A stretch of DNA of 40,222 nucleotides from Bacteroidota bacterium (GCA_030824295.1 JAVBYA010000508.1:1-40222); one strand, 5' to 3'. Shown: positions 21,857 to 33,466, counted from the first letter of the stretch. Notes: generated by a model from the sequence alone, not told the origin. Numbers and translations: made by a program.

Positions 21857-23950
21857 ATGCCTCGAAAATATTCCTTAGAACGCACCCGTAACATCGGGAT
21901 CATGGCGCACATTGATGCTGGTAAAACGACCACGACGGAACGTATTTTGTTCTATACCGGCGTTTTGCATCGTGTTGGTGAAGTGCATGACGGTGCAGCA
22001 ACAATGGACTGGATGGAGCAGGAGAAGGAACGCGGCATTACGATCACTTCCGCTGCAACGACCTGTTTCTGGCGCGAACACCGCATCAACATTATCGATA
22101 CTCCCGGCCACGTTGATTTCACCATCGAAGTAGAGCGCTCACTGCGTGTGCTGGACGGCGCTGTAGCGTTGTTCTGCTCTGTCGGTGGCGTTGAGCCTCA
22201 GTCTGAAACCGTTTGGCGTCAGGCGGACAAGTATGGTGTTCCGCGTATCGCATTTGTGAACAAAATGGACCGTATCGGCGCCGACTTCCTCGGTGCTGTT
22301 TCCATGATGAAGGAACGTCTTGGCGCGAACGCAGTGCCGATCCAGCTGCCGGTCGGTCAGGGTGATATGTTCAAGGGAATCATCGACCTCGTGAGTATGA
22401 AAGCGCACATTTTCCATGACCATACCAATGGTATGACGTGGGACGAGATCGAAATTCCGCACGATCTGCAGGCACAGGCCGCTGAATATCGAACGAAGAT
22501 GCTCGAAGCCGTCTCAGATGAAGATGATACGCTTCTGGAGAAATATTTGGAAGGCAAAGAGATCTCCGAAAAGGAATTGCTCGTTGTTCTTCGCCGTGCG
22601 TGCTTGAAGGTCTCCATTGTCCCGGTCCTCTGCGGTTCTTCTTTCAAGAACAAAGGGGTTCAGATGCTGATGGACTCCGTAGTGAATTTCCTTCCTTCTC
22701 CGCTGGATATCCAGGGCGGCACCATTGTCGGACACCATCCGAATATGAAAGATACGGTCTCCCGCGCGATCTCCGATAACGAGAAATTCACCGCGTTGGC
22801 ATTCAAGATCATGACCGACCCGTATGTCGGCCGGCTGACCTTCTTCCGTGTTTACAGCGGAACGGTGAAGGCTGGTTCATACCTCTATAATTCTGTCAGC
22901 GATAAAAAAGAACGTATCGGCCGCGTGTTGCGCATGCATGCCAACCATCGCGAAGATGTCGACGAAGGCTATGCCGGCGATATCCTCGCTGCTATCGGAT
23001 TCAAGAACACCCGCACTGGTGATACCTTATGCGGTGAAGATGAAGCGATCATCCTCGAGAAGATGGTGTTCCCGGAACCTGTTATCCATCAGGCGATCGA
23101 ACCCAAAACAAAGGCGGATCAGGAGAAGATGGGCGAAGCGTTGTCAAAGCTCGCTGAAGAAGATCCGACATTCCGCATCACGACCAACATCGAGACCGGT
23201 CAAACGATCATCGGCGGTATGGGTGAGCTCCACTTGGAGATCCTCGTTGACCGTATGAAGCGCGAATTCAAAGTGGAAGCGAACGTCGGGAAACCGCAGG
23301 TCGCGTACAAGGAAACGATCCGCAAGAAGGTCACCCAGGAAGGCAAGTTCGTCCGTCAGTCCGGCGGTAAAGGTCAGTTCGGTCACGTGTGGATCGAACT
23401 GGAGCCGAACGAAAAAGGGAAAGGCTACGAGTTCGAGGATGCGATCGTCGGCGGTGTCATTCCGCGTGAATTCATCAAGCCGGTGTCGATGGGTATCCAG
23501 GAAGCGCTCAAGAATGGTATCCTCGCCGGTTATCCTGTGGAAGATATCAAAGTGAAGCTGATCGATGGTTCGTATCATGATGTCGATTCGTCGGAAATGG
23601 CGTTTAAGATCGCCGGCTCCATGGCGTTCCAGGAAGGTGCAAGAAAAGCGAGCCCTGTGATCCTTGAACCGATCATGGCTGTGGAAGTTGTTTCGCCGGA
23701 GGATTACCTCGGTGATGTGATGGGGGATCTCAACTCACGCCGCGGTAAGATCGAAGGTATCACGCCCCGCAAAGATGCACAGGTCATCAAAGCAATGGTG
23801 CCTCTGTCCGAGATGTTCGGATATGCCACCCAGCTCCGGTCCATGACGCAGGGTCGTGCGCTCTACACTATGCAGTTCGACCATTACGATGAAACACCGA
23901 AGTCTGTCTCCGAGCAGATCATCGAAAAGGTCAAGGGTAAGAACGCGTAA
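21857..23950 (+). CDS. fusA: translation elongation factor G
   Basis: 697 aa. [25 protein letters not shown] and [25 protein letters not shown]. Confidence 0.98.
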   Translation: MPRKYSLERTRNIGIMAHIDAGKTTTTERILFYTGVLHRVGEVHDGAATMDWMEQEKERGITITSAATTCFWREHRINIIDTPGHVDFTIEVERSLRVLDGAVALFCSVGGVEPQSETVWRQADKYGVPRIAFVNKMDRIGADFLGAVSMMKERLGANAVPIQLPVGQGDMFKGIIDLVSMKAHIFHDHTNGMTWDEIEIPHDLQAQAAEYRTKMLEAVSDEDDTLLEKYLEGKEISEKELLVVLRRACLKVSIVPVLCGSSFKNKGVQMLMDSVVNFLPSPLDIQGGTIVGHHPNMKDTVSRAISDNEKFTALAFKIMTDPYVGRLTFFRVYSGTVKAGSYLYNSVSDKKERIGRVLRMHANHREDVDEGYAGDILAAIGFKNTRTGDTLCGEDEAIILEKMVFPEPVIHQAIEPKTKADQEKMGEALSKLAEEDPTFRITTNIETGQTIIGGMGELHLEILVDRMKREFKVEANVGKPQVAYKETIRKKVTQEGKFVRQSGGKGQFGHVWIELEPNEKGKGYEFEDAIVGGVIPREFIKPVSMGIQEALKNGILAGYPVEDIKVKLIDGSYHDVDSSEMAFKIAGSMAFQEGARKASPVILEPIMAVEVVSPEDYLGDVMGDLNSRRGKIEGITPRKDAQVIKAMVPLSEMFGYATQLRSMTQGRALYTMQFDHYDETPKSVSEQIIEKVKGKNA

Positions 23951-24002
23951 GAATCGAAGATTAGAAACAATCATTCACACATTAAAATAAGGAGAAATCC
24001 TC

Positions 24003-25208
24003 ATGGCAAAAGAGAAATTTGACCGCAGTAAGCCGCACGTGAACATCGGTACGATCGGACACGTTGACCACGGCAAGACCTCATTGACCGCAGCGATCAC
24101 AATGACGCTGTCCGCAAAAGGTCTCTCCTCGGTCCGTACCTTTGATTCGATCGATAATGCTCCCGAAGAACGCGAACGCGGTATCACGATCGCAACGGCA
24201 CACGTTGAGTATCAGACGGAGAACCGTCACTACGCGCACGTTGACTGCCCGGGTCACGCTGACTATGTGAAGAACATGATCACGGGTGCCGCTCAGATGG
24301 ACGGCGCCATCCTCGTTGTTGCCGGTACCGACGGTCCGATGCCCCAGACGCGTGAGCATATCCTGCTTGCACGTCAGGTCGGTGTGCCGCGTATGGTCGT
24401 GTTCCTGAATAAAGTGGATATCGCAGATCCGGAACTGCTCGACCTCGTCGAAATGGAACTGCGTGAACTGCTCACCTCGTATAACTTCCCCGGCGATGAG
24501 ATTCCCATCATCCGCGGTTCTGCAACAAAAGCACTCGAAGCATTCGCCGCTCAGAAGCCGATCACCGATCCGGATTTCAAACCGATCCTTGATCTGATGG
24601 CTGCTGTTGACTCCTACATCCCGGAACCGGCTCGCGACGTGGACAAACCGTTCCTCATGCCGATCGAAGACGTATTCTCGATCACCGGCCGCGGTACCGT
24701 TGGTACCGGACGCTGTGAAAAAGGTCGTGCAAAGGTCGGAGACGAAGTGGAGATCATCGGTCTCGGTGCACACAAAAAGACCGTCATCACCGGTGCTGAA
24801 ATGTTCCGCAAGGAATTGGATGAAGTGGTTGCCGGCGACAACGCAGGCCTGCTGCTGCGCGGCGTTGAAAAGAACGACCTCGAACGCGGTATGGTCATTG
24901 CAAAACCGGGCACCATCACCCCGCACAAGAAATTCACTGCTCAGGTGTACGTGCTGAAGAAAGAAGAAGGCGGACGTCACACTCCGTTCGTGAACGGTTA
25001 TCGTCCCCAGTTCTACTTCCGTACAACGGACGTGACGGGTGTCGTCACGATGCCTTCCGGCGTCGAAATGGTCATGCCGGGCGACAACGTGGACAACATG
25101 CAGATCGAGCTGATCACCACCATCGCTATGGACGAGGGTCTTCGCTTCGCTATCCGCGAAGGCGGCCGCACAGTCGGTTCGGGCGTTGTCACAAAGATCA
25201 TTGAGTAA
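24003..25208 (+). CDS. tuf: translation elongation factor Tu
   Basis: 401 aa. [33 protein letters not shown] and [28 protein letters not shown]. Confidence 0.98.
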   Translation: MAKEKFDRSKPHVNIGTIGHVDHGKTSLTAAITMTLSAKGLSSVRTFDSIDNAPEERERGITIATAHVEYQTENRHYAHVDCPGHADYVKNMITGAAQMDGAILVVAGTDGPMPQTREHILLARQVGVPRMVVFLNKVDIADPELLDLVEMELRELLTSYNFPGDEIPIIRGSATKALEAFAAQKPITDPDFKPILDLMAAVDSYIPEPARDVDKPFLMPIEDVFSITGRGTVGTGRCEKGRAKVGDEVEIIGLGAHKKTVITGAEMFRKELDEVVAGDNAGLLLRGVEKNDLERGMVIAKPGTITPHKKFTAQVYVLKKEEGGRHTPFVNGYRPQFYFRTTDVTGVVTMPSGVEMVMPGDNVDNMQIELITTIAMDEGLRFAIREGGRTVGSGVVTKIIE

Positions 25209-25230
25209 TCAACACATTTGTTTCCAGTGA

Positions 25231-25254
25231 CCGGTGCGCCGCAGGGCGCACCGG
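25231..25254 (+). promoter_or_regulatory. perfect 10-bp GC hairpin in the tuf-rpsJ spacer (CCGGTGCGCC-GCAG-GGCGCACCGG)
   Basis: Read directly. 4-nt loop, no U-tract. Lies 26 nt upstream of the rpsJ start. Confidence 0.5.
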
Positions 25255-25279
25255 GAACGGAACAAGGAGAAGAGAGACA

Positions 25280-25588
25280 TTGGCTGGTCAAAAAATCCGA
25301 ATCAAATTGCGTTCATACGATCATAATCTGATCGACAAGTCCGCTGAGAAGATCATCAAAACTGTGAAATCGACCGGAGCTGTGGTGTCGGGTCCTATCC
25401 CGCTCCCGACCCGTCGTTCGATCTTCACTGTGAACCGCTCGCCGCACGTCGATAAGAAATCGCGCGAACAGTTCCAGATCAAAGCGCACAAGCGCCTGAT
25501 CGACATTCTGTCCTCCGGGTCCAAGACCGTCGATGCTCTGATGAAGCTTGATCTGCCGGCCGGTGTCGACGTAGAAATCAAAGTGTAG
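25280..25588 (+). CDS. rpsJ: 30S ribosomal protein S10
   Basis: TTG start after [51 protein letters not shown] stop. Confidence 0.96.
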   Translation: MAGQKIRIKLRSYDHNLIDKSAEKIIKTVKSTGAVVSGPIPLPTRRSIFTVNRSPHVDKKSREQFQIKAHKRLIDILSSGSKTVDALMKLDLPAGVDVEIKV

Positions 25589-25661
25589 TGGGTTGAACAG
25601 AGAATAGCGTTTCATATTCGTTCAACCAACAAGTTAGATAGTTCTCAAGGAGATTACACCT

Positions 25662-26285
25662 GTGAGTGGAATTTTAGGAAAAAAGATAGGCATGACCAGC
25701 GTATATGACGACAACGGGGTCTCTGTACCCTGCACCGTCATTGAAGCAGGGCCGTGCTTCGTCACTCAGATCAAAACAAAATCAAAAGACGGTTACGATT
25801 CGATCCAGCTTGGTTACGACCAGAAGCCGGAACGCCTTGTCAATGAACCGCTCAAAGGACACTTTGCGAAAGCTGGAGCGAAAGCACTCCGTCTTCTGCG
25901 TGAGTTCCGCAACTTCACAGCAGTGAAATTGGAGCTTGGCCAGGAATTGCGCGTTGATGCAGTGTTCGCTCAGGGCGATACGGTCGATGTCTCTGCGCGT
26001 TCCAAAGGTAAAGGTTTCCAAGGCGTCGTTCGTCGTCATCATTTCGGCGGCGTTGGCAGCCAGACGCACGGTCAGTCGGACCGTCAGCGTGCACCTGGTT
26101 CCATCGGCGGTTCGTCGTATCCTTCCCGCGTGTTCAAGGGAATGCGTATGGCAGGCCGGATGGGATTCGACAATGTGACAGTGAAGAATTTGAAGGTCAT
26201 TAAAGTGATCCCGGAATCGAATCTGATCCTGGTGAAGGGCTCCATACCCGGAGCAAAAAACACGTACGTTACCATTACAAAGTAA
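25662..26285 (+). CDS. rplC: 50S ribosomal protein L3
   Basis: GTG start after AAGGAG. MSGILGKKIGMTSVYDDNG. Confidence 0.96.
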   Translation: MSGILGKKIGMTSVYDDNGVSVPCTVIEAGPCFVTQIKTKSKDGYDSIQLGYDQKPERLVNEPLKGHFAKAGAKALRLLREFRNFTAVKLELGQELRVDAVFAQGDTVDVSARSKGKGFQGVVRRHHFGGVGSQTHGQSDRQRAPGSIGGSSYPSRVFKGMRMAGRMGFDNVTVKNLKVIKVIPESNLILVKGSIPGAKNTYVTITK

Positions 26286-26308
26286 TTTGATCGCAGGAAG
26301 CATCTGCT

Positions 26309-26938
26309 ATGAAGATTGAAGTATTGAAGAAAGATGGTTCGAAATCCGGTGAGACCGTTGAGTTGAAGGCGGATATTTTCGAGATCGAACCCAATGATCA
26401 CGCCATCTATCAGGCGGTCCGTTCTTATTGGGCCAACCAGCGCCAGGGTACCCACAAAGTGAAATCTCGCAACGAGGTTCGCGGCGGTGGTAAGAAACCC
26501 TTTGCACAGAAGAAGACCGGACGTGCACGTCAAGGTACCAGCCGTTCACCGCTGATGCCCGGCGGCGGTTCCATCTTCGGACCGAAACCGCATGATTATG
26601 TGGTGAAGCTTCCGGCCAAAGTGAAACGTCTTGCCCGTAAATCGGCCTGGTCACACAAGGCAAAGGACGGACAGATCGTGATCATCGAAGATTTCTCATT
26701 CGATGCACCGAAGACCAAAGAGATGGCAGGGATCCTGAAATCGCTGCAGGTTGGCGGTAAGAAAGTATTGTTCCTCACCCCGAAGACGGACCTGGGTGTT
26801 TTGAAATCTGGACGCAATATTCCGACCCTTAACATCCTAGAAGCGGCCAAAGCATCTACGTATGACATCCTAAACAACAGTGTGGTGGTGATCCAGAAGA
26901 GCGGCGTGGATGTCATCAATAAAACATTTGCAAACTAA
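26309..26938 (+). CDS. rplD: 50S ribosomal protein L4
   Basis: 209 aa. GGGKKPFAQKKTGRARQGTSRSPLMPGGGSIFGPKP. Confidence 0.96.
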   Translation: MKIEVLKKDGSKSGETVELKADIFEIEPNDHAIYQAVRSYWANQRQGTHKVKSRNEVRGGGKKPFAQKKTGRARQGTSRSPLMPGGGSIFGPKPHDYVVKLPAKVKRLARKSAWSHKAKDGQIVIIEDFSFDAPKTKEMAGILKSLQVGGKKVLFLTPKTDLGVLKSGRNIPTLNILEAAKASTYDILNNSVVVIQKSGVDVINKTFAN

Positions 26939-26956
26939 ACGGGTACGGCAGCGATT

Positions 26957-27247
26957 ATGAATGGAATCCTCATACAACCTTTGTTGACCGAAAAGATGAC
27001 GGAACTGACATCGAAACGTCAGTACGCCTTCAAGGTCAATCCGAATGCGAACAAAATCTCCATCGCGAAAGCCGTTGAGAAGAAGTTCAACGTGAATGTC
27101 ACCAGCGTCCGCACAGCGAACGTGAAGGGCAAAGTGAAATCGCAGATGACCAAGCGCGGACGTATCGCCGGCCGCCGCAGTGACTGGAAGAAAGCGATCG
27201 TCACATTGAAGGACGGACAAACAATTGATTTTCTGGCTAACGTTTAA
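26957..27247 (+). CDS. rplW: 50S ribosomal protein L23
   Basis: 96 aa. [42 protein letters not shown]. Confidence 0.95.
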   Translation: MNGILIQPLLTEKMTELTSKRQYAFKVNPNANKISIAKAVEKKFNVNVTSVRTANVKGKVKSQMTKRGRIAGRRSDWKKAIVTLKDGQTIDFLANV

Positions 27248-27262
27248 CGGGAAGACCGAGTT

Positions 27263-28090
27263 ATGGCATTACGCAAATTAAAACCGACGACCGCTGCGAC
27301 CCGCTACTACTCCATCGCAACGTTTGAAGAGATCACCAAGACCACGCCGGAGAAATCCCTGCTGGCTAAGATCACCAAGTCCGGCGGACGCAATAATCAT
27401 GGCCGCGTGACCTCTCGTCATCGCGGGGGTGGACACAAACGCCGCTATCGTATCATCGATTTCAAGCGCGACAACCGCAACATCGAAGGCACGGTCGCCT
27501 CTATCGAATACGATCCGAACCGTTCTTCGTATATCGCACTCATTCACTATGTCAACGGCGATAAGCGCTACATCCTCGCTCCGAATGGATTGAAGGTCGG
27601 TACAAAGATCGTTGCGAGTGAAACAGCCGATATCCTGACCGGCAATGCTCTTCCGCTCCGTGCGATCCCCGTGAATACCCAGGTACACAATATTGAACTC
27701 CGTCCCGGTAAGGGCGGACAGATCGCACGCAGCGCGGGCAATTTTGCCACGGTGCAGGCGAAAGAAGGACGTTTCGTACTGTTGAAATTCCCCTCCGGCG
27801 AGGCTCGCAATGTGCTGTCGGAATGTTATGCAACCATCGGTCAGTTGGGCAATCTGGACCACGAGAACATCAGCTACGGTAAAGCAGGCCGTTCACGCTG
27901 GCTGGGTATCCGTCCGTATGTCCGCGGTGTCGCGATGAACCCGGTCGACCATCCGATGGGCGGCGGTGAAGGAAAGACGTCCGGCGGCGGTCATCCGGTC
28001 AGTCCGTGGGGTCAGAAAGCAAAGGGTCTCAAGACCCGCAAGCACAAGAAATCATCCAGTCAATATATCGTAAAGCGTCGCACCAAGTAA
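27263..28090 (+). CDS. rplB: 50S ribosomal protein L2
   Basis: 275 aa. [26 protein letters not shown] and [21 protein letters not shown]. Confidence 0.98.
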   Translation: MALRKLKPTTAATRYYSIATFEEITKTTPEKSLLAKITKSGGRNNHGRVTSRHRGGGHKRRYRIIDFKRDNRNIEGTVASIEYDPNRSSYIALIHYVNGDKRYILAPNGLKVGTKIVASETADILTGNALPLRAIPVNTQVHNIELRPGKGGQIARSAGNFATVQAKEGRFVLLKFPSGEARNVLSECYATIGQLGNLDHENISYGKAGRSRWLGIRPYVRGVAMNPVDHPMGGGEGKTSGGGHPVSPWGQKAKGLKTRKHKKSSSQYIVKRRTK

Positions 28091-28103
28091 TCACGAGAGC
28101 ATT

Positions 28104-28379
28104 ATGAGTCGTTCCCTCAAAAAAGGTCCTTACATTGATTCGCGTCTTCTGGAGAAGGTCGAGGCGCTGAACAAATCGAACAAGAAACAGGTGATCAAGA
28201 CATGGGCACGCGCGTGCACCATCTCTCCTGAGTTCGTGGGACACACGTTCGCTGTGCATAACGGCAACAAGTTCATCCCCGTGTATATCCAGGAAGCCAT
28301 GGTCGGTCACAAGCTCGGTGAGTTCGCCCCGACACGTATTTTCCGCGGGCATCCCGGTGTGAAGTCCGAAGCGGCGTAA
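28104..28379 (+). CDS. rpsS: 30S ribosomal protein S19
   Basis: [36 protein letters not shown]. Confidence 0.97.
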   Translation: MSRSLKKGPYIDSRLLEKVEALNKSNKKQVIKTWARACTISPEFVGHTFAVHNGNKFIPVYIQEAMVGHKLGEFAPTRIFRGHPGVKSEAA

Positions 28380-28407
28380 TCAACATTCTATATTGGAGTC
28401 GAGTATC

Positions 28408-28764
28408 ATGGAAGCAAGAGCATTACAGCGATTTGTAGGAACCTCGCCGCGCAAGATGCGGATCGTGATCGATCTGATCCGCGGAAAATCGGTCGGTGAA
28501 GCGATGAACATCCTTCACTTCCAGCCGAAACATGCTGCGAAATCAGCGGAGAAGGTCCTGCGGTCGGCGGTATCGAATTTTCAGAACAAGGATGTGAACG
28601 CCGGTGTGAGCACCGACGATCTGGTGGTGAAAGAAGTGTTTGTGAACGGCGGAGCCATGATGAAGCGCATCCTGCCGGCGCCGATGGGTCGTGCGTACAA
28701 ATTGTTGAAGCGGTCGCATCATCTGACGATCGTGGTCGATAAACGTTCATCCAAGAAAAAATAA
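28408..28764 (+). CDS. rplV: 50S ribosomal protein L22
   Basis: ORF 28393..28764. ATG 28408 follows GGAG (28395-28398) and gives MEARALQRFVGTSPRKMRIVIDLIRGK. Confidence 0.94.
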   Translation: MEARALQRFVGTSPRKMRIVIDLIRGKSVGEAMNILHFQPKHAAKSAEKVLRSAVSNFQNKDVNAGVSTDDLVVKEVFVNGGAMMKRILPAPMGRAYKLLKRSHHLTIVVDKRSSKKK

Positions 28765-28784
28765 ATTTCAGCTGAGGAGTCACA

Positions 28785-29423
28785 GTGGGACAAAAAATTA
28801 ATCCGGTCGGTTTTCGCTTGGGCGTCATCAAAGGTTGGGATTCCAACTGGTACGATGAAAAGAACTACGCCGGGAAGCTTCAGGAAGACATGATGGTGCG
28901 GAACTATCTGCGCAACCGTCTGAAAAAAGCCGGTGTATCCAAGATCCTGATCGAACGCACCCCCAAGAATGCCCGCATCACCATCAATACCTCCCGTCCC
29001 GGTGTGGTCATCGGCAAGAGCGGTAAGGAGATCGGCCAGCTTGAAGAAGAACTGAAGAAAGTGACGAACAAAGAGGTGAAGATCCTCATCAGCGAAGTGA
29101 AGCGTCCGGAACTCGATGCGCAGCTCGTTGCCGAGAACATCGCTTCTCAGCTCGAAGGACGTATCGCATTCCGGCGCGCAATGAAACAGGCGATCACGGC
29201 TGCAATGCGTATGGGCGCCGAAGGCATCCGCGTGAAATGCGGCGGTCGGCTTGGCGGAGCGGAAATTGCCCGTACCGAGCAGTACAAAGAAGGGCGTATC
29301 CCGCTGCACACCCTCCGCGCTGATATCGATTATGCGCATGCGGAAGCGGCGACCATCTACGGCAAGATCGGTGTGAAAGTGTGGATCTGCAAAGGCGAGG
29401 TCCTGGACCGTTCAGTTAAATAA
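28785..29423 (+). CDS. rpsC: 30S ribosomal protein S3
   Basis: GTG start after [29 protein letters not shown]. Confidence 0.97.
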   Translation: MGQKINPVGFRLGVIKGWDSNWYDEKNYAGKLQEDMMVRNYLRNRLKKAGVSKILIERTPKNARITINTSRPGVVIGKSGKEIGQLEEELKKVTNKEVKILISEVKRPELDAQLVAENIASQLEGRIAFRRAMKQAITAAMRMGAEGIRVKCGGRLGGAEIARTEQYKEGRIPLHTLRADIDYAHAEAATIYGKIGVKVWICKGEVLDRSVK

Positions 29424-29450
29424 TTCGAACCGCAACTGGAGTAGTAAATT

Positions 29451-29870
29451 ATGTTAATGCCCAAAAGAGTAAAATTCAGGAAAGCACAGCGCGGCCGCAT
29501 GAGCGGTGTCGCGACCCGCGGCGCTTCGGTAGCGTTCGGCGATTACGGCCTGAAAGCGATGGAACCGGGATGGATCACTGCCCGCCAGATCGAAGCAGCC
29601 CGTGTAGCTCTGACGCGTCTGATGAAGCGTGAGGGGAAAGTGTGGATCCGTATATTCCCGGACAAGCCGGTCACGAAGAAACCTGCCGAGACCCGTATGG
29701 GTTCCGGAAAAGGCGCACCGGAATTCTGGGTTGCCGTGGTGAAGCCGGGCCGTATCATGTTCGAAGTGGGCGGGATCAACAAACAGCTCGCACAGGAAGC
29801 GCTCAAATTGGCCACCCATAAGCTTCCGATCAAAACAAAGTTCGTATCACGTATCGACCTGGTAGCGTAA
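29451..29870 (+). CDS. rplP: 50S ribosomal protein L16
   Basis: [45 protein letters not shown]. Confidence 0.97.
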   Translation: MLMPKRVKFRKAQRGRMSGVATRGASVAFGDYGLKAMEPGWITARQIEAARVALTRLMKREGKVWIRIFPDKPVTKKPAETRMGSGKGAPEFWVAVVKPGRIMFEVGGINKQLAQEALKLATHKLPIKTKFVSRIDLVA

Positions 29871-29880
29871 GGAGCAGCAG

Positions 29881-30093
29881 ATGAAATCACAAGAATTGCG
29901 TCAATTGACCACCGAAGAGATCGGCAAACGCATCGAAGAGAACCTCGAAGCGTTGGCGACCATGAAGTTCCAAAAGGCAACCAGTCAGGTTGAAAACACG
30001 TCGAAGTTCACCTCGCTGCGCAAGGATATCGCGCGCATGAAGACCGTCATCCGCGAACGTGAACTCGATAAATCCAACGTTGCAGCTAAGTAA
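29881..30093 (+). CDS. rpmC: 50S ribosomal protein L29
   Basis: 70 aa. [25 protein letters not shown]. Synteny rplP-rpmC-rpsQ. Confidence 0.94.
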   Translation: MKSQELRQLTTEEIGKRIEENLEALATMKFQKATSQVENTSKFTSLRKDIARMKTVIRERELDKSNVAAK

Positions 30094-30109
30094 GAGAAGA
30101 GAAAACTCA

Positions 30110-30367
30110 ATGGAGACTCGAAACAATCGCAAGACCAGAACCGGAAAAGTCGTCAGCAGCAAGATGGCGAAAAGCATCGTTGTGGCGATCGAACGCAAAG
30201 TGGCCCACCCGCTCTATAAGAAGTATTTCAAGCGGACCACCAAGTTCTATGTGCACGACGAGAAGAACGAAGCCGGTGTCGGCGATACCGTGAAGATCAT
30301 GGAGACGCGCCCGCTCAGCAAGCTGAAACGCTGGCGGTTGGTCGAGATCGTGACCAAAGCGAAATAA
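30110..30367 (+). CDS. rpsQ: 30S ribosomal protein S17
   Basis: ORF 30059..30367 would overlap rpmC. Internal ATG 30110 gives [38 protein letters not shown]. Confidence 0.94.
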   Translation: METRNNRKTRTGKVVSSKMAKSIVVAIERKVAHPLYKKYFKRTTKFYVHDEKNEAGVGDTVKIMETRPLSKLKRWRLVEIVTKAK

Positions 30368-30403
30368 TTTGAACGACAGACGATAGACAGTTCGGAGACG
30401 ACA

Positions 30404-30772
30404 ATGATCCAAGAAGAAACCAATTTAGTGGTAGCAGATAATTCAGGCGCGAAAAAGGTCCGCTGCATCCGCGTGCTCGGCGGTCATGATCGCCGCTACG
30501 CTTCGGTGGGCGACCTGGTCGTCGTTTCCGTCAAGTCGGCCATCCCCGGTGCCGGAGTCAAGAAGGGCGAGGTCTCGCGTGCAGTGGTGGTCCGTACGAC
30601 CAAGGAGATCGGCCGCAAGGACGGTTCCTATATCCGGTTCGACGAGAACGCCGTGGTGCTCATCAATCAGCAGAACGAACCGCGCGGTACCCGTATCTTC
30701 GGACCCGTGGCACGCGAACTGCGCGAGCGTCAGTTCATGAAGATCGTTTCCCTTGCACCCGAAGTATTGTAA
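30404..30772 (+). CDS. rplN: 50S ribosomal protein L14
   Basis: [27 protein letters not shown]. Confidence 0.98.
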   Translation: MIQEETNLVVADNSGAKKVRCIRVLGGHDRRYASVGDLVVVSVKSAIPGAGVKKGEVSRAVVVRTTKEIGRKDGSYIRFDENAVVLINQQNEPRGTRIFGPVARELRERQFMKIVSLAPEVL

Positions 30773-30790
30773 TCAGAAAGAGAATCCGTC

Positions 30791-31114
30791 ATGCATGTGA
30801 AGAAAAATGATATCGTAGTCGTCATCTCCGGCAACTCCAAAGGCAAGGAAGGCAAAGTGCTGAAAGTGTTCCCGGAGAAACAGCGGGTGATCGTGGAAGG
30901 CGTGAACATCATGAAGCGCCATACCCGTCCTTCCCAGAGCAATCCTCAGGGAGGCGTCGTCCAGAAAGAAGCACCGATCCATGCTTCCAATGTGATGCTG
31001 AAGGACCCGAAGACCGGCGAAAAGACCCGCATCGGTTATGCCCGCACCAAGGACTCGGTGAGCGGCAAGAAGAAGGTCATGCGCGTCGCTCAGAAGAGCG
31101 GAGAGATGTTCTAA
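30791..31114 (+). CDS. rplX: 50S ribosomal protein L24
   Basis: [39 protein letters not shown] (KOW motif). Confidence 0.96.
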   Translation: MHVKKNDIVVVISGNSKGKEGKVLKVFPEKQRVIVEGVNIMKRHTRPSQSNPQGGVVQKEAPIHASNVMLKDPKTGEKTRIGYARTKDSVSGKKKVMRVAQKSGEMF

Positions 31115-31153
31115 TATTCAATCATCGGTGTCACGCGGATAACGTGACACATA

Positions 31154-31798
31154 ATGGAAACGACAATGGCCAAAGAAAAGAAGCAGCAGAAGGAAGAGAA
31201 AAAAGGACCGGGCGTCCGCGAAGCGGGTGTCTATCCGCGTCTTGCCGACAAGTACAAGAAAGAGATCGTACCGGCAATGATGAAACAGTTCCAGTACAAG
31301 AATGTCATGCAGGTGCCGAAGCTGGAGAAGATCTCCGTGAATATCGGCGTCGGTCAGGCGACCCAGGATGCGAAATTGCTCGAAGTGGCAGTAGGGGAGC
31401 TGGAGACCATCACCGGTCAGAAAGCGGCGATCACGAAATCGAAGAAGGCCATCTCGAACTTCAAACTGCGTCAGAACCTTCCGATCGGAGCCCGCGTCAC
31501 GCTCCGTTCGAACATGATGTATGAGTTCCTTGATCGTCTCATCTCCCTCGCCATGCCGCAGATCCGCGATTTCCGCGGCATCTCGGACCGCTCCTTCGAC
31601 GGTCGCGGCAATTACACGCTCGGCGTGAAAGAGCAGATCATCTTCCCGGAGATCGATGCTGACCGCGTCACCAAGATCTCGGGTATGGACATCACCTTCG
31701 TCACCACAGCACAAACGGATATGGAAGCGATGGAGCTCCTGAAATTGTTCGGAGTTCCGTTCGTCAAACGTGAACAACCTGTAGCGAAAGCAAGTTAA
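31154..31798 (+). CDS. rplE: 50S ribosomal protein L5 with a Lys/Glu-rich N-terminal extension
   Basis: 214 aa. The conserved core starts near [39 protein letters not shown]. Only ATG 31154 or ATG 31166 is available as an in-frame start. Confidence 0.93.
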   Translation: METTMAKEKKQQKEEKKGPGVREAGVYPRLADKYKKEIVPAMMKQFQYKNVMQVPKLEKISVNIGVGQATQDAKLLEVAVGELETITGQKAAITKSKKAISNFKLRQNLPIGARVTLRSNMMYEFLDRLISLAMPQIRDFRGISDRSFDGRGNYTLGVKEQIIFPEIDADRVTKISGMDITFVTTAQTDMEAMELLKLFGVPFVKREQPVAKAS

Positions 31799-31807
31799 AG
31801 GGACACT

Positions 31808-32077
31808 ATGGCAAAACTCAGTTCGATAGCACGGCAGAAACGCCGCGAAAAATTGGTGGCAAAGTATGCCGCACAACGGAAAGAATTGATCGAGAAGGGC
31901 GATTTCGAAGCGCTGCGTCTGCTTCCGCGTGACAGTAACCCGGTCCGCCTGCACAACCGCTGCTTCCAGACGGGCCGCACACGCGGATTCTACAGGAAGT
32001 TCGGTCTTGGCCGTATGGCGTTCCGTAAATTGGCGCACGAAGGGAAAATCCCGGGACTCACCAAAGCAAGCTGGTAA
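31808..32077 (+). CDS. rpsN: 30S ribosomal protein S14 (long, non-zinc form, 89 aa)
   Basis: [27 protein letters not shown]...[41 protein letters not shown]. Confidence 0.96.
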   Translation: MAKLSSIARQKRREKLVAKYAAQRKELIEKGDFEALRLLPRDSNPVRLHNRCFQTGRTRGFYRKFGLGRMAFRKLAHEGKIPGLTKASW

Positions 32078-32100
32078 TTAGTTAGGAGAACGGAAAAAGA

Positions 32101-32496
32101 ATGGCTCATTCAGATCCCATTGCAGATTATCTGACGCGTCTTCGCAACGCGATCCAGGCGAAGCACAAGAAGGTCGAGATCCCCGCATCCAATGTGAAAC
32201 GGGAGATCACCCGCATCCTTGCGGAGAACAAACTCATCAACAAGTACGATGTTGTCGCCGATGAAAAACAAGGCGTGATCCGTATCGCATTGAAATACTA
32301 TGCAGGCTCCAACGTGATCAAAGGTTCCCGCCGTGTGAGTACGCCGGGCCGCCGCGTCTATCGTCAGGTGGACGATCTTCCGCGTGTCAGCAACGGACTT
32401 GGCCTTGCGATCGTCTCGACCTCAAAGGGTTTGATGTCGGATAAACAGGCGCGCAAAGAAAATGTCGGCGGAGAAGTGCTCTGCCTAATCTGGTAA
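32101..32496 (+). CDS. rpsH: 30S ribosomal protein S8
   Basis: MAHSDPIADYLTRLRNAIQAKHKKVEIPAS. Confidence 0.97.
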   Translation: MAHSDPIADYLTRLRNAIQAKHKKVEIPASNVKREITRILAENKLINKYDVVADEKQGVIRIALKYYAGSNVIKGSRRVSTPGRRVYRQVDDLPRVSNGLGLAIVSTSKGLMSDKQARKENVGGEVLCLIW

Positions 32497-32509
32497 AAGG
32501 AGCGAACAC

Positions 32510-33055
32510 GTGTCACGTATCGGCAAAAAATTGATAACTCTCCCGGGCGGTGTCACCGTCACGGTGAGCAACGGTCTGGTGACCGTTAAAGGAAAGAACG
32601 GCGAGCTCAAAGAGAAGCTGCATGCGAATGTCGGCATCGAGATCAAGGGCAGCGAGATCACCATCACCCGAAAAACGGAAGAGCGAGCGAACCGTGCGAT
32701 CCATGGCACGACCCGCGCGAACGTTGCCAACATGATCAAAGGTGTTTCCGAAGGCTTCTCCAAGAAGTTGGACCTCGTTGGTGTCGGTTACAAAGCAGAG
32801 ATGAAGGGGAAGAACCTGGCGCTTGCGCTCGGATTCTCCCACCCCATTCTGTTCCGTGCACCGGAACCGATCAAGATCGAAACACCGACCCCGACCAGCA
32901 TCATCATCAGCGGATATGACAAACAGCTGGTGGGACTCGTCGCCGCCAAGATCCGCTCCTTCAAGGAACCGGAACCGTACAAAGGCAAGGGCGTGAAGTA
33001 CGACGGTGAAGTGCTCCGTCGCAAAGCCGGTAAAACAGCAGCTAGTTCGAAATAA
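32510..33055 (+). CDS. rplF: 50S ribosomal protein L6
   Basis: GTG start after AAAGGAG. MSRIGKKLITLPGGVTVTVSNGLVTVKGKNGEL. Confidence 0.97.
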   Translation: MSRIGKKLITLPGGVTVTVSNGLVTVKGKNGELKEKLHANVGIEIKGSEITITRKTEERANRAIHGTTRANVANMIKGVSEGFSKKLDLVGVGYKAEMKGKNLALALGFSHPILFRAPEPIKIETPTPTSIIISGYDKQLVGLVAAKIRSFKEPEPYKGKGVKYDGEVLRRKAGKTAASSK

Positions 33056-33075
33056 TCTTACGGTAAATTGACATT

Positions 33076-33444
33076 ATGATCAAAAAAGATACGACAAAAC
33101 GACGCCTGCGCATCAAACAGACCATCCGGAAACGTGTGTTCGGTTCCACCGAACGGCCGCGCTTCTCGGTCTACCGCAGCCTGAACGACATCTACGGTCA
33201 GATCATCGACGACGTGACAGGGAAGACCCTGGTTTCGCTCTCCACTAATTCCAAGGAGATCCGTGCCGAGGTTGAAGCGGTGAAAACGAAGGTAGAGAAG
33301 AGTACCCTGGTGGGCAAGCTGCTTGCAAAGAAAGCGGTTGAAAAGAACATCAGTGCGGTCGTGTTCGACCGGAACGGATATCTGTACCACGGCCGCGTGA
33401 AAGCGTTCGCCGATGGCGCCCGTGAAGGCGGCTTGAAATTCTAA
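33076..33444 (+). CDS. rplR: 50S ribosomal protein L18
   Basis: RKRVFGSTERPRFSVYRSLNDIYGQIIDD..FDRNGYLYHGRVKAFADGAREGGLKF. Confidence 0.97.
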   Translation: MIKKDTTKRRLRIKQTIRKRVFGSTERPRFSVYRSLNDIYGQIIDDVTGKTLVSLSTNSKEIRAEVEAVKTKVEKSTLVGKLLAKKAVEKNISAVVFDRNGYLYHGRVKAFADGAREGGLKF

Positions 33445-33466
33445 ACGGCTCGTCGTGCCGTCCAAA

